Source: an uncultured Candidatus Saccharibacteria bacterium
Lineage (GTDB): Bacteria; Patescibacteriota; Andersenbacteria; UBA10190
Direction of reading: 5' to 3'
Length of the DNA: 64,000 nt
Assembly: GCA_964372635.1 (NCBI GenBank)
Contig: CAYJQW010000003.1
Span: 2,145-66,144 of the forward strand
This document shows positions 1 to 9,892 of this stretch, piece after piece. How positions within the stretch are numbered: the stretch's first letter is position 1; each line of letters opens with the position of its first letter. Below the pieces are notes generated by a model. The model was not told where the DNA came from. It saw only the letters and a list, made by a program, of their open reading frames with translations, and ran no database searches. Position numbers and translations under genes: made by a program.

Positions 1-207
1 CGCCAGAGCCATGAGCGTTGTGCCGGGATGAGTTGTAATAAATGTTCCACCCAAATCGTGCTCAATAAATAATTTATCCCAATACTGAGAACTGCGAATG
101 ATCCAGTTTTCCTCGTCGACGGAAAGCCACGATCCGAGCCCAGGCAGTCGTACCAAAAGAGCAGTAGTTAAGATCAGGATAATTATATAGTTGGTAGGCC
201 AATTCAT
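1..207 (-). CDS. N-terminal fragment of an ArnT/PMT-type (GT-C fold, GT39/GT83-like) membrane glycosyltransferase; the gene continues beyond the window start.
   Basis: Reverse-strand translation from the ATG at 205-207 gives MNWPTNYIIILILTTALLVRLPGLGSWLSVDEENWIIRSSQYWDKLFIEHDLGGTFITTHPGTTLMALA. This is clearly paralogous to the N-terminus of the 2537..4567 protein (LIRLPGLGKFMTVDEENW...GGTFLTTHPGSTAMWLMG). It is not in the ORF track because it is truncated. Confidence 0.5.
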   Translation of the reverse strand, partial: MNWPTNYIIILILTTALLVRLPGLGSWLSVDEENWIIRSSQYWDKLFIEHDLGGTFITTHPGTTLMALA

Positions 208-236
208 GAATGTTACTGTAAGTGTATCGGTATTAA

Positions 237-2498
237 TTGAGCAACTCCATGTCAAAACGAATCGCTCTTAGTCTCATCGTTATTTTCATCGCTGTGTCTG
301 CCTACCCTATCTGGCTAGGCAGTTTTTATGGTATCGGCGACATGCGAGATTTGTTTATACCTTTAGAGTATTTCTTCCAGTCTGAGCAACTGGCTGGTCG
401 GCTACCCGCTTGGAACCCAGACATGGCTTGGGGTTTCCCAGTCATCGCGGCAGCCCAAATTGGGTTCTTTTATCCTCCACTGGCGCTGATTCGATGGCTG
501 CCTTTGTCTTTCTATATACCATTGATATTTTTTCTACACATTCTCTTGGCAGGTATCGGTATGTATGCCTGGCTGCGTGAAATAAAAGTGAGTTCCTCGG
601 CAGCGGTACTTGGCGCTCTGGCTTTTAGTTTGAGCTCATGGTTATGGCAGCACGCCGTTCATTTTAATATTATTTTAATTGCTAGTTGGCTGCCATTACA
701 ATTTTATTTAGTTCATCGCGCAACAAAAAGTGACCGTCCGCCAGCGCGCATACTGGCCCTTCTTGCCATTGCTCTGGGTTTACCATTTCTGGCCGGCCAT
801 ATTCAGCTACCCGCTATGTTGGCTTTGGTCTCACTGGCTTACTTCATCAGTCGGCTGAAAACAAAGTTTAGATTACTCTCGTTTGCTCTGCCATTACTGC
901 TTGTTGTTTCTGCCACGGCTGCAATCAGTGCCGCCCAGATATTGCCTACATGGGAGTTGTTTTTGGAATCAAGCCGCAGCCAGGGCGGAAGCTTCACTAT
1001 CGAACAAGCCAATCAATTTAGCTACCCCATATACCACCTGCCGACAATTCTGTGGCCTCGCTTTTTCGGGAACCAAGACACTTATTGGGGTAAACGACTC
1101 CAAGTTGAATATGGGTTTTTTATCGGCACGGTTCCTCTTATATTGGCATTATATACGACAGCAAAACGTCCTCGTGCCAATCTCTTTTTGATAACGCTGG
1201 CCATAATATCGTTTCTGCTTGCTCTTGGGGATGCTTCACCATTTCGAATTTTGGGGATAGAACCAACTTTTGGATTTTTTACATCACCGGCCAGGTGGTT
1301 ATTGTTTACCACCTTCGCGTTGTCTTCGTTGGCTGCCAAAGGATTTGATCATCTCAAAGAACGTCAATGGCAAATTTGGATTAAAACATTTATCACTTTA
1401 ATTGTAGCGAGTGTTATCAGCTATAACATAATTCTTAATACTCTGCCCTCTGATTTTTCCCTTCAAGTATTTGAATGGCTTAAGACACACGCACCAGCAA
1501 CAGTGGAAAACCGTCCGGCTGATTATTATCTAAGTAAATTTGATCAGATTCTATTCAGTGCGCGTAACTCGGCATTGTCTTTTCTGTCACCCTGGACAGT
1601 TCTTCCTATTATCACATCAATTGCTGCCATGCTGCTGTCAAAGCATCGTCGGGGGACTCTTGTCATACTCTTAGTATGTGCAGTAGAACTAGCTGTGATC
1701 GCTGGTAGCAGTACTCCATCACTGTCCTGGAAAAATATATTACGCCCTCCAGATTCGCTATCGGCTCTGCCCCTAGACGTAATTAATCAGCAGGCCCGTA
1801 TTTTAAGTATTCGCCGCGATGGTGATACTGGTGCCTTACTAACTAATCCTGCTAGTCGACTAACTCAGGCTGAGCAAATAGCTCAGTATGAAACACTAAT
1901 ACCTTTGTCGCACACGATGTATAACGTGGCCGGTGTTGAATGGCCAGCCTCGCTTGATATTCAGCGTCAGAATGATGCTTTGACTGAATTACGCCGGGGC
2001 GACAGCTACTATTTAAAGAGTGTCGAGGCAGTGGCAAACCTAAATATCGGCGCTATTGTCACACCTCGAAATATAAAGCCTGCTCCTGAATTAAGTCCGG
2101 AGACTTTGACAGATGAAGTCGCAATATATAAATTACCGCAAGCACCACGAGCTGAAATAGTAACAAAAACGACTCATATTCCAGTCATGTATGAACCTGT
2201 TAATCCTAGTAAGATAATAATACAGGCGATTACTCCCGTCGCTGCCACTATAGTTGTTCGTGACACTTGGTATCCTGGTTGGCGCGCTACTGTTGACGGC
2301 AAGGAGGCTAAAATCAAGCTGGTCGAAAATTTATTCCGAGGTGTCGACGTCGGACCCGGCCAACATACAATTATTATGGAATACTATCCAAGTCTTGTGT
2401 GGTATGGTTTGTCATTATCTATCATCGGTCTCTTGAGCTGTATCATAATGGCAAAAATAAATCCGTTTAGACAGGCCAAATCTGCCCCGGAATTATAA
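237..2498 (+). CDS. YfhO-family polytopic membrane protein (GT-C-type glycosyltransferase).
   Basis: 753-aa ORF with multiple hydrophobic segments and an N-terminal pattern typical of YfhO proteins (IWLGSFYGIGDMRDLFIPLEYFF...). Start is TTG at 237 or ATG at 249; no obvious Shine-Dalgarno sequence. Confidence 0.55.
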   Translation: MSNSMSKRIALSLIVIFIAVSAYPIWLGSFYGIGDMRDLFIPLEYFFQSEQLAGRLPAWNPDMAWGFPVIAAAQIGFFYPPLALIRWLPLSFYIPLIFFLHILLAGIGMYAWLREIKVSSSAAVLGALAFSLSSWLWQHAVHFNIILIASWLPLQFYLVHRATKSDRPPARILALLAIALGLPFLAGHIQLPAMLALVSLAYFISRLKTKFRLLSFALPLLLVVSATAAISAAQILPTWELFLESSRSQGGSFTIEQANQFSYPIYHLPTILWPRFFGNQDTYWGKRLQVEYGFFIGTVPLILALYTTAKRPRANLFLITLAIISFLLALGDASPFRILGIEPTFGFFTSPARWLLFTTFALSSLAAKGFDHLKERQWQIWIKTFITLIVASVISYNIILNTLPSDFSLQVFEWLKTHAPATVENRPADYYLSKFDQILFSARNSALSFLSPWTVLPIITSIAAMLLSKHRRGTLVILLVCAVELAVIAGSSTPSLSWKNILRPPDSLSALPLDVINQQARILSIRRDGDTGALLTNPASRLTQAEQIAQYETLIPLSHTMYNVAGVEWPASLDIQRQNDALTELRRGDSYYLKSVEAVANLNIGAIVTPRNIKPAPELSPETLTDEVAIYKLPQAPRAEIVTKTTHIPVMYEPVNPSKIIIQAITPVAATIVVRDTWYPGWRATVDGKEAKIKLVENLFRGVDVGPGQHTIIMEYYPSLVWYGLSLSIIGLLSCIIMAKINPFRQAKSAPEL

Positions 2499-2536
2499 TC
2501 TCAGGTGCTTAATTTGCGATTTAACTCTACTAAAAA

Positions 2537-4567
2537 TTACTCCTCCGGGATCCTGTAGGCTATGTCCCCCATTTGAATAAAGTCGCGACGATTCTCTCCT
2601 TCTCTTAACGTCCTTTGAATCCACACCATTTTCCCAGGTACATAATCAACACTACTGTAGCGGACTGTGATGGCATCACCAACACTAGATGTTGGACTTG
2701 TAATCGACACATAAAATTCCCGACTGGCAGCATTAGGAATTTCTGCAAAGTTAAATCGATGCCATTCATTATCTACAATGTCGCGCGCGTTAGCACGAAC
2801 AGTCCGTAGAGGCACCGTCGCATCAACTCCGTCAAAAATATTAACTATTATATCTTGAGTGTTAATCCGACTGCTAAATGTTGAAAAACCAATGTCAATG
2901 CCTGTCCAAAATTCTGTCTTAGGTTGAACTATTTGACCTACTTCATTGACGCCAACAAGGTCACCAATATGACTCGTAAAATGTCTGACATTTAGCCGAC
3001 TATAAATTTTCGCATAGGGAATATTATTGATATAGACCGTGTGAACTGGCTCTTGCGCCGCGAATTCGTTGAGAATATCAGCGGCCTGACTTTCTTCGTC
3101 ACGACCGGCCATATTACGATACGTTATAATATACCGTACACGTGGATCGTCACGAGAACTTAAACTGAGAGTACGTCCTAAAAAGTAGGCTCGCATCACA
3201 CTTGGATACCAGGAGGCAACAATAGTCTGGGCTGCATCTGGCTGATCATTCAACCAGGCCGCTGCGGACTCCAGCCCTTCTCCCCAGCCTTGCTGAGAAA
3301 GAGGCCTAACGTTGGGCCAAAAAGGATTATTATAGGCAATGGCATAGGGTGACGCTCGCCAGGGCAGAACAAAAATTACCAGAGCAAGAATAGCGTTAAT
3401 GGTAATAACGTAACGTGAATTCCACGAAAATCTATTCCGCAGATATTTAAGGATGTAAACATAAACTAGGCCGGCAATCATGGGAAAAACTACAAGACCA
3501 GGTAGAGCATAGCGATCACCTTTCTTAGCAGCAAAAGTAATTAGTATAAGAAAGCCACAGCCATACAAAAGAAACCATAACATCATAGTGATCGTTTTAG
3601 CGTTTATAATGTGCTCTAGAGTCGATTTTAATTTCTTCCCCATGACTCCGGGAAGTACTATCAATATTCCAAGCAAAATTGTTATCAAAGTAATAATTTG
3701 AACATACACAGATGTACGACCAAGCCAAGTACGAAGATAAAAACTAGAGGGCGAGATGGGATTACTTGAGGTAGACAACGAAACGTGCTCCTGGGTAACA
3801 ACATTTGAAAAATCGCGCGTCAGGGAACGACTGATATCGTCCTTGACCCATAAAGCTGGCCATAAAACAAAAAATATAAGAACTGCTATCCCGCTGATAT
3901 AACTCATGAGACGAATGATTTCAGACCAGTCAATCAAATGTTGGTAGTGGCGAATAATCAAGATTGCAGTCATGACAGGTATAAGCCAGGCAGCTAGAAA
4001 AAGTTTTACGCCTAGGGCTAGTCCAAAGAGAACTCCAGACAATGCTGCATAGAAAAATTTTCTTTTTCCTTGGCATGTTAATAAAAATGCTGCCAATGAT
4101 GTTATCATCAATAACGCTTGTAAAGCGTCTAAATGCCCAATTTGGCTTGAGCCAATGAGGTAGGTGTCGGCTGCCACAAATATTCCGGCACTTACTGCTG
4201 GAGCTGTCCCAAATAATGGTACCAACAGCCAAACTAGTAATCCGATCAAAGCTGATATAACGATCGTTACCGGTATAACCGCTGCCCGATGAAAATGAAT
4301 TGTGTTTGTAGTATCTATGCGCAAACCAAGTTTGAGTTCCTGCAAGAGTATGCCGCTACCCATTAGCCACATGGCGGTTGAACCTGGATGTGTCGTTAAA
4401 AATGTACCACCAGGGTTCCCCTGCACAAGTTCATCGTAAAAATTTGCGCTACGCAGCATCCAGTTTTCCTCATCCACCGTCATGAATTTGCCAAGTCCTG
4501 GCAAACGTATCAAGAGGGCTAGGATAAATACCATGATCGCCAAACTTTCACGCCACGATCTGATCAT
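2537..4567 (-). CDS. ArnT/PMT-family GT-C glycosyltransferase (polyprenyl-phosphate-sugar dependent) with a C-terminal extracytoplasmic beta-rich domain.
   Basis: 676-aa polytopic membrane protein. N-terminal motif LIRLPGLGKFMTVDEENW...THPGSTAMW is typical of PMT_2/ArnT-like enzymes. The C-terminal about 150 aa (…NEWHRFNFAEIPNAASREFYVSITSPTSSVGDAITV…) is homologous to the N-terminal domain of the next gene. Confidence 0.6.
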   Translation of the reverse strand: MIRSWRESLAIMVFILALLIRLPGLGKFMTVDEENWMLRSANFYDELVQGNPGGTFLTTHPGSTAMWLMGSGILLQELKLGLRIDTTNTIHFHRAAVIPVTIVISALIGLLVWLLVPLFGTAPAVSAGIFVAADTYLIGSSQIGHLDALQALLMITSLAAFLLTCQGKRKFFYAALSGVLFGLALGVKLFLAAWLIPVMTAILIIRHYQHLIDWSEIIRLMSYISGIAVLIFFVLWPALWVKDDISRSLTRDFSNVVTQEHVSLSTSSNPISPSSFYLRTWLGRTSVYVQIITLITILLGILIVLPGVMGKKLKSTLEHIINAKTITMMLWFLLYGCGFLILITFAAKKGDRYALPGLVVFPMIAGLVYVYILKYLRNRFSWNSRYVITINAILALVIFVLPWRASPYAIAYNNPFWPNVRPLSQQGWGEGLESAAAWLNDQPDAAQTIVASWYPSVMRAYFLGRTLSLSSRDDPRVRYIITYRNMAGRDEESQAADILNEFAAQEPVHTVYINNIPYAKIYSRLNVRHFTSHIGDLVGVNEVGQIVQPKTEFWTGIDIGFSTFSSRINTQDIIVNIFDGVDATVPLRTVRANARDIVDNEWHRFNFAEIPNAASREFYVSITSPTSSVGDAITVRYSSVDYVPGKMVWIQRTLREGENRRDFIQMGDIAYRIPEE

Positions 4568-4687
4568 ATTTTAATAGTATCCTGAAACAGTTAATTAAAA
4601 ATGTCTATCGCGATTTCGGATCGCACTTATTTCCCGATCTGAATTGATAAAGTTTCCTGCGATTTCCAGGCTTGATTAATATGTGGC

Positions 4688-7402
4688 TTATGTCGAGCGA
4701 AAGCGACGATAGAATTTCAGCGTATTTGAGCCATTATCCACCTCATGAACAAGAAAGAAATCTTCGGCTAGACTACGCTCAATTTCGCTATATTCCATTA
4801 AGAATGAAAAACTAGTTTGCTGTTCAAGAAGCACCCACTGTGACTTTGCAAAAGCTTGCTGCATAGCTTCAGCTGAAGGTAAAAAAGTATTCAAACGCGT
4901 TGGGTTTTTGCGAGTGAATTCATAGGCATACCAACGCGGGTGAGCAATATCGAGAACGGTCTGATGACCAGATAAGTAGGGTACTATGGCCGCACCGGTA
5001 AAAATGGCTTGCTCCAAAGGAATATTTTCTGCAGCCCAGGCTGCTGCCTCTTGAGCTGCACCTTGATCAAACGTACCGGTGTGTTCATACATAAGCGTAA
5101 TATAGTTTGAGACATAAACAATCCAAATAATCACTAGGCCGACGCCGGTCGCTACTACTTTTTTACTGATTGTTTTCACTAAGCTAGAGCCTTTTGGCGA
5201 ATTTAAGAATGCAGTTCGCTGCCACAAGCCTAGCGCACCTATTCCTGCGATCATCGTCAAAGGTAAGAGAAACTCAACGATGTAATTCGCGTGAAACTTG
5301 ATCCAATTCATATAAAAAACAATAAGTCCAACAATCCAAAGAAATGGAATTATCGCTCGCTGAAACTGTGTTGTGGCTGATGACTCAATAAATCCAGTCT
5401 GAGTGCTAATGTTATTTTTTGTTTGCAATACCGGTACGTTTAAACTCTGCGTTGATTTAATGCTGGACAATTTTTGGTCAGACGAAAGTTTTGGTTGGGT
5501 ACTGTGCGGTGTTAGTGGTGGCTTGGCTACAAAAATACTATCCTTGTCTAATCTCGGCCAAAGCGCCAAGGCAATCAAGAAAAATGCCATGACGTACCAC
5601 AACCAACGTATCCCACCAAGATTATGAAAAATGCTACCTTCATACTCAAAGAAAAAAGATGCTGCTTGCAAGAGAACCCAGGCGGGCATAAACCACACTA
5701 TTTTTGGTATCACATACTCCATAAAGATTTTCCATATTCTCGTGGACGAGTTAGTTATCAAGCGACTAGTGACCGTGTATAGCCATTTCTCCAGGAGAAA
5801 CCCCCACCCGAGGAGTGCAAAGAAGATAAGAGGTAGAGCTTCACGGAAGAAAGGCGTCAGGCCACGAATAGAATATTCAATTATCTTCTGGGCTTCGTCT
5901 GGATCAACTGCCGAGATCCCATCTTCAGCTGAATTAAGTCCGATGGCTTCGATCACGCCCTGCGGGCCATAGGCCAGTAATGCCCAGCCTAGAAGCAAAC
6001 CAATAACCAATCCAAAACCGATGCCGAACATTATGAGACGACCTAAACGTTGCTGCCACTTACCACTGCTTGTGAGAATAAGAAGTAACGGTACTAAGCC
6101 CAGAGCAAGAATACTTTTACGAGAAGCGACACCTAATCCTAACAAAATACCGGCGTAAACTAACCGTCTTGTAGGCTGGCCTCCTTTAAAATAGGCCTTT
6201 TTTTTCGTTGACAACCCCAAGGTATGCCAAAGCATTGCGATACCACTCGCGCCAAAAAACATAGCTACGGGTTGGGTATGAACATAGATATTGAAAACAA
6301 TCGGCGCACCGAGTAAGGCCCAAGAAGCGGCTGCAACTATTCCGGTTCGTTCATCACGAAATAACCGCCCCAAAGTATAGACTGGTAAAATAGTTAGAGC
6401 ACCAATTAAAATGGAACTGAAACGCCCTGCCATTATTGTTGAACCGAGTAGAAACTGCCAAATGGCCGACCAGAGAATAACAAGCGGGGCTTTGACATAG
6501 CCATCACCACCGGCTAGATTGCCCCGTAACAAAGTTTGGGCATCATATAAGTAGTTGCCCTCATCATTTGTCAGAGGTAAACGATCCGCGTACAGCCACC
6601 TGAGATAGAAACCTAGAAAAAAAAGCAGGCCAAGCAGTATCAAGACTGTTTTTTTTGCCAATGGCTGATTAACCTTATCTTTTCTACTCACTAAAATGAT
6701 AAAAGACAGGTAGATAAGCGTGGCGAGCAAAAGTTGCGTCCAGACAATGTACTCAGATCTATTTTCTTTCCAGGCGGCACGAAATGTTCTAGCCAGGTCA
6801 ACGGTTGCTGTCCTGACAGCGATACGTAGGGATACTGTGTGATAAAGACCAAAAACAACATCAACTGTTTGTTTACCTGATTTTTCAATCGACTCGAAAG
6901 TGGGTAGATTTTCTCCACCATTTCGAATCAAGTAAGCGCTGCCAAGATGATAGGGATCCTGTGTGTTTAAATCAACCGTAATGGCGTTACCAGGTCGTGA
7001 CGTTGGTGAAGTTAGGTAGAAAAAGTAGGTAGAGTTTTGGCTAATTTTGATTGGCTCAAAAGTGAAGCGGTAAAACTGGTTATCGCCAAGTTTAGAAGCA
7101 CGCACGGTAGCTGTCCTTAAATCCTCCTTGGCATCTACGGAGGCACGAAGATGAAACTCGACAATCTCGGTGTTGGCACGATTAGAATAATTAGCAAACA
7201 TGACTGCGACCCCAGATAAATTATCATGTGGTGATACAAATGTTTGTCCAACTAAAACACCCGCAACAACTTCACCGGCATTTGTCGTATGCCTGACCTC
7301 TTCATATGTTTTCTGCTGTACTTTAATGTAGCTGGCACTAATGGCGGCGCCAGCCACTATAATCACTCCAAATAAAACCGCTATTTTAGTTGAAGAAGAC
7401 AC
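4688..7402 (-). CDS. ArnT/PMT-family GT-C glycosyltransferase with an N-terminal extracytoplasmic domain (signal-anchor plus about 220-aa soluble domain), followed by a multi-TM GT-C core.
   Basis: 904 aa. N-terminal TM then a soluble domain (…DNQFYRFTFEPIKISQNSTYFFYLTSPTSRPGNAITV…), then the PMT_2-like core (YLRWLYADRLPLTNDEGNYLYDAQTLL…) with many TM helices. Confidence 0.6.
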   Translation of the reverse strand: MSSSTKIAVLFGVIIVAGAAISASYIKVQQKTYEEVRHTTNAGEVVAGVLVGQTFVSPHDNLSGVAVMFANYSNRANTEIVEFHLRASVDAKEDLRTATVRASKLGDNQFYRFTFEPIKISQNSTYFFYLTSPTSRPGNAITVDLNTQDPYHLGSAYLIRNGGENLPTFESIEKSGKQTVDVVFGLYHTVSLRIAVRTATVDLARTFRAAWKENRSEYIVWTQLLLATLIYLSFIILVSRKDKVNQPLAKKTVLILLGLLFFLGFYLRWLYADRLPLTNDEGNYLYDAQTLLRGNLAGGDGYVKAPLVILWSAIWQFLLGSTIMAGRFSSILIGALTILPVYTLGRLFRDERTGIVAAASWALLGAPIVFNIYVHTQPVAMFFGASGIAMLWHTLGLSTKKKAYFKGGQPTRRLVYAGILLGLGVASRKSILALGLVPLLLILTSSGKWQQRLGRLIMFGIGFGLVIGLLLGWALLAYGPQGVIEAIGLNSAEDGISAVDPDEAQKIIEYSIRGLTPFFREALPLIFFALLGWGFLLEKWLYTVTSRLITNSSTRIWKIFMEYVIPKIVWFMPAWVLLQAASFFFEYEGSIFHNLGGIRWLWYVMAFFLIALALWPRLDKDSIFVAKPPLTPHSTQPKLSSDQKLSSIKSTQSLNVPVLQTKNNISTQTGFIESSATTQFQRAIIPFLWIVGLIVFYMNWIKFHANYIVEFLLPLTMIAGIGALGLWQRTAFLNSPKGSSLVKTISKKVVATGVGLVIIWIVYVSNYITLMYEHTGTFDQGAAQEAAAWAAENIPLEQAIFTGAAIVPYLSGHQTVLDIAHPRWYAYEFTRKNPTRLNTFLPSAEAMQQAFAKSQWVLLEQQTSFSFLMEYSEIERSLAEDFFLVHEVDNGSNTLKFYRRFRST

Positions 7403-7491
7403 AAAATCAATAAAATAATGCTATTAAAATAAAGGGGCTTTCCTTAGACTAGACAATGTAATTAGCGCAGCCTACATCTTTTGATACTAGT

Positions 7492-8484
7492 TCACCAGTA
7501 ATGTTTTTTATTCTTTTTATAAAATTGATGCATTTCACTTATGCCATCGGAAAAATTGACCAACGGTTGCCAGCCACAAATTTGCTTTATTTTGCTGGTG
7601 TCAGCTGAATAGTTGCCCGTTTCATTCTTCTCATAATCTTCAGGCCAAGGTACATGTTTTTTTGTGCCTGATCCGACTTCTTTTAAGATACAATCAACCA
7701 TATCTTCAAATGTTAAGTGCTCATGGCTGCCAATATTATAAACTTCGCCGGCTTGACCTAAAATCGATAGGCGCAATAGAGCATCAACAATGTCATTAAT
7801 GTAAATGTAATCTCGTTCTTGCTTGCCGTCGCCAAATACCGTGATAGCTTTCCCTTCCATAGCCTGCCTGAGAAACCAGCCAACAATTGAGTACCGTGCA
7901 TGCTTCATTTGCTGGCGTGGTCCGTAAGGATTTGGGATCCGGACCGAAACAGTATTAAGACCAAAGTTTTCAGCATAATAACGCATATATTTCTCAGCCA
8001 ATAGTTTGTGTATTCCATACAAAGATAAAGGCTCAGTGGGATGTTCTTCGGTGACGGGCAGACTTTTGATTCTACCGTAGACTAAGCGCGAAGAAGAAAA
8101 GACAAGGTGAGCTTTTGACGCATGATTTTTCAAGGCCTCAAGCATAATCAAATTACCACGGCCATTAAACTCAAGATCAACAAACGGCTGCGCTTTGGAA
8201 TCAAGATAACCCACCTGACCGGCTAGATGAAAGACGAAATCTTTACCAGCCACCAAATTATTAACTAAGTCTTCATCCATAATATTGCCATCAACTAGCT
8301 CAAGCTTGTCGGCAATGTCGACGACATTAAAGCGATTGCCGCCATAGGGAGGAAGAAGCGCATCAAGAATTGTCACCCGAGCGCCTTTGGCGAGCAACGC
8401 ATGAGCCAAGTTGCTGCCAATAAACCCCAAACCGCCGGTTATTAGAACTTGTTTGCCTGCAAACATGCCTACAGTATCTAGCAT
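7492..8484 (-). CDS. NAD-dependent epimerase/dehydratase (extended SDR) acting on a nucleotide sugar; specificity unknown. It is not RmlB.
   Basis: GGLGFIGSNLAHALL Rossmann motif and a YxxxK catalytic motif (LYGIHK). Likely true start is at MFAGKQ (about 8466). It lacks the HISTDEVYG motif of dTDP-glucose 4,6-dehydratase. Confidence 0.7.
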   Translation of the reverse strand: MLDTVGMFAGKQVLITGGLGFIGSNLAHALLAKGARVTILDALLPPYGGNRFNVVDIADKLELVDGNIMDEDLVNNLVAGKDFVFHLAGQVGYLDSKAQPFVDLEFNGRGNLIMLEALKNHASKAHLVFSSSRLVYGRIKSLPVTEEHPTEPLSLYGIHKLLAEKYMRYYAENFGLNTVSVRIPNPYGPRQQMKHARYSIVGWFLRQAMEGKAITVFGDGKQERDYIYINDIVDALLRLSILGQAGEVYNIGSHEHLTFEDMVDCILKEVGSGTKKHVPWPEDYEKNETGNYSADTSKIKQICGWQPLVNFSDGISEMHQFYKKNKKHYW

Positions 8485-8730
8485 CCATCCTTGCTCGGCA
8501 AGCAGTCAGAAATCTTAGTGCCACGAAATGGCATTCTCTGCCTGAAAAAACGCCACGTTGCCAAGCATGTCCCTACATAACTGTCATTGTTTGGGTTTTG
8601 ATTTTTTGAAATTTATTCAGACTATGTGCTCTGATAGTTTGTGAGTTTTCTGAAATATTCTACTTTGGTTTTTCGGGCGCTTGAATCCCGAATTACTAAT
8701 AGCGAATGACAAATCACTGATAGCTATTTG

Positions 8731-9873
8731 CTAATGGCCAACATGCTGGCGATAAAGACCATCATAGCGTGCCATTATGCTTGACCAGTCGTATTGCAAA
8801 GCAAGCTCGCGGCTATGACCACCCATCTTTTTACGCAGGTGTTCATCATTAATAACAGAGGCTAATCGTTGAGCAACCTTTTCAAGATCGTCTCCTTTGA
8901 TAAGAAAGCCGTTCTCTCCCTCCATTACGATTTCATTATTACCGCCGACGTCACTGGCAACTATTGGTAGGCCACAGCCCATAGCTTCGAGAATAACTGA
9001 TGGCATACCTTCAGACAGACTCGTCAATACAAAAATATCAGAATATTGGTAGGATTTTTCTAGTTGCCCGTATGGGACACTACCCACATATTTTATAAGA
9101 TCAGACACACCTAGTTTACTCGCCAACACATCAAGCTCAGGCTGGCTTGAACCGGTACCAACTACCTCCACCTCAAAAGGATTTTCAGCCAGTTCACGTA
9201 ATCTGGGTAATGCCCGGACAACGCTCTGAAAACCCTTGCGGGGAATCAAACGACCAATAAATAAAATTTTTACCTTAGCGTTAGCCGGACGATCCAACGG
9301 TTTAAATCGTTCTGTCTCAACACCATTCGGAATCATTAAAAATGACGTTTTGGGATCAGCTTTAATGCCCAGCCTAACCAGTTCACGTGAACACACTGTG
9401 CGAAATTCTGCCCGCCGCCAGATCATCTTTAAGAGTGGCGTCAAGAACGGATAGATTTTTTTATAGCGAGAGGGATTAGCATTGGGAATATCTGATCCGC
9501 CAAAATAGATTGCATAGGGTATACCACGAACGTATGAAATCACCCAGGCCACCCAACCAGATGGGACGGCAAAGTAAGCCTGAATAAAATCAAAACGATG
9601 ACGCCAAGTATAGTAAAGGGTGAAAATCAAGGCAGACCCCCCAAATAATACCAACTCCCAAACAGCAGCATAGTCTTTGAATCTCCTCACGGCTGGAATA
9701 CGAATAACTCTTGCACCATCAATCATCTCGTTAGTTGGCAGATCCCTATATCTTGACGTAATAAGCGTTACTTCGTGACCAGCTGCAACTAGATATTTGA
9801 GCGCATACTTAGTTACTGTTGAACCGCCACCGCCAATCGGAGGAAATTCATTATTAATGAGAAGAAGTCTCAC
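8731..9873 (-). CDS. Glycosyltransferase family 4 (GT-B fold).
   Basis: MRLLLINNEFPPIGGGGSTV N-terminus and a C-terminal EGMPSVILEAMGCGLPIVASDVGG motif characteristic of GT4 retaining glycosyltransferases. Confidence 0.7.
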   Translation of the reverse strand: MRLLLINNEFPPIGGGGSTVTKYALKYLVAAGHEVTLITSRYRDLPTNEMIDGARVIRIPAVRRFKDYAAVWELVLFGGSALIFTLYYTWRHRFDFIQAYFAVPSGWVAWVISYVRGIPYAIYFGGSDIPNANPSRYKKIYPFLTPLLKMIWRRAEFRTVCSRELVRLGIKADPKTSFLMIPNGVETERFKPLDRPANAKVKILFIGRLIPRKGFQSVVRALPRLRELAENPFEVEVVGTGSSQPELDVLASKLGVSDLIKYVGSVPYGQLEKSYQYSDIFVLTSLSEGMPSVILEAMGCGLPIVASDVGGNNEIVMEGENGFLIKGDDLEKVAQRLASVINDEHLRKKMGGHSRELALQYDWSSIMARYDGLYRQHVGH

Positions 9874-9892
9874 ACGAATTCTAAACCAGACC

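Noticed and set aside
4568-4687. A small hairpin (gcgauuucggaucgc) between the two GT-C genes as a terminator.
   Set aside because: Only a 5-bp stem, and the T-run is displaced by about 8 nt. It is too weak to be called.
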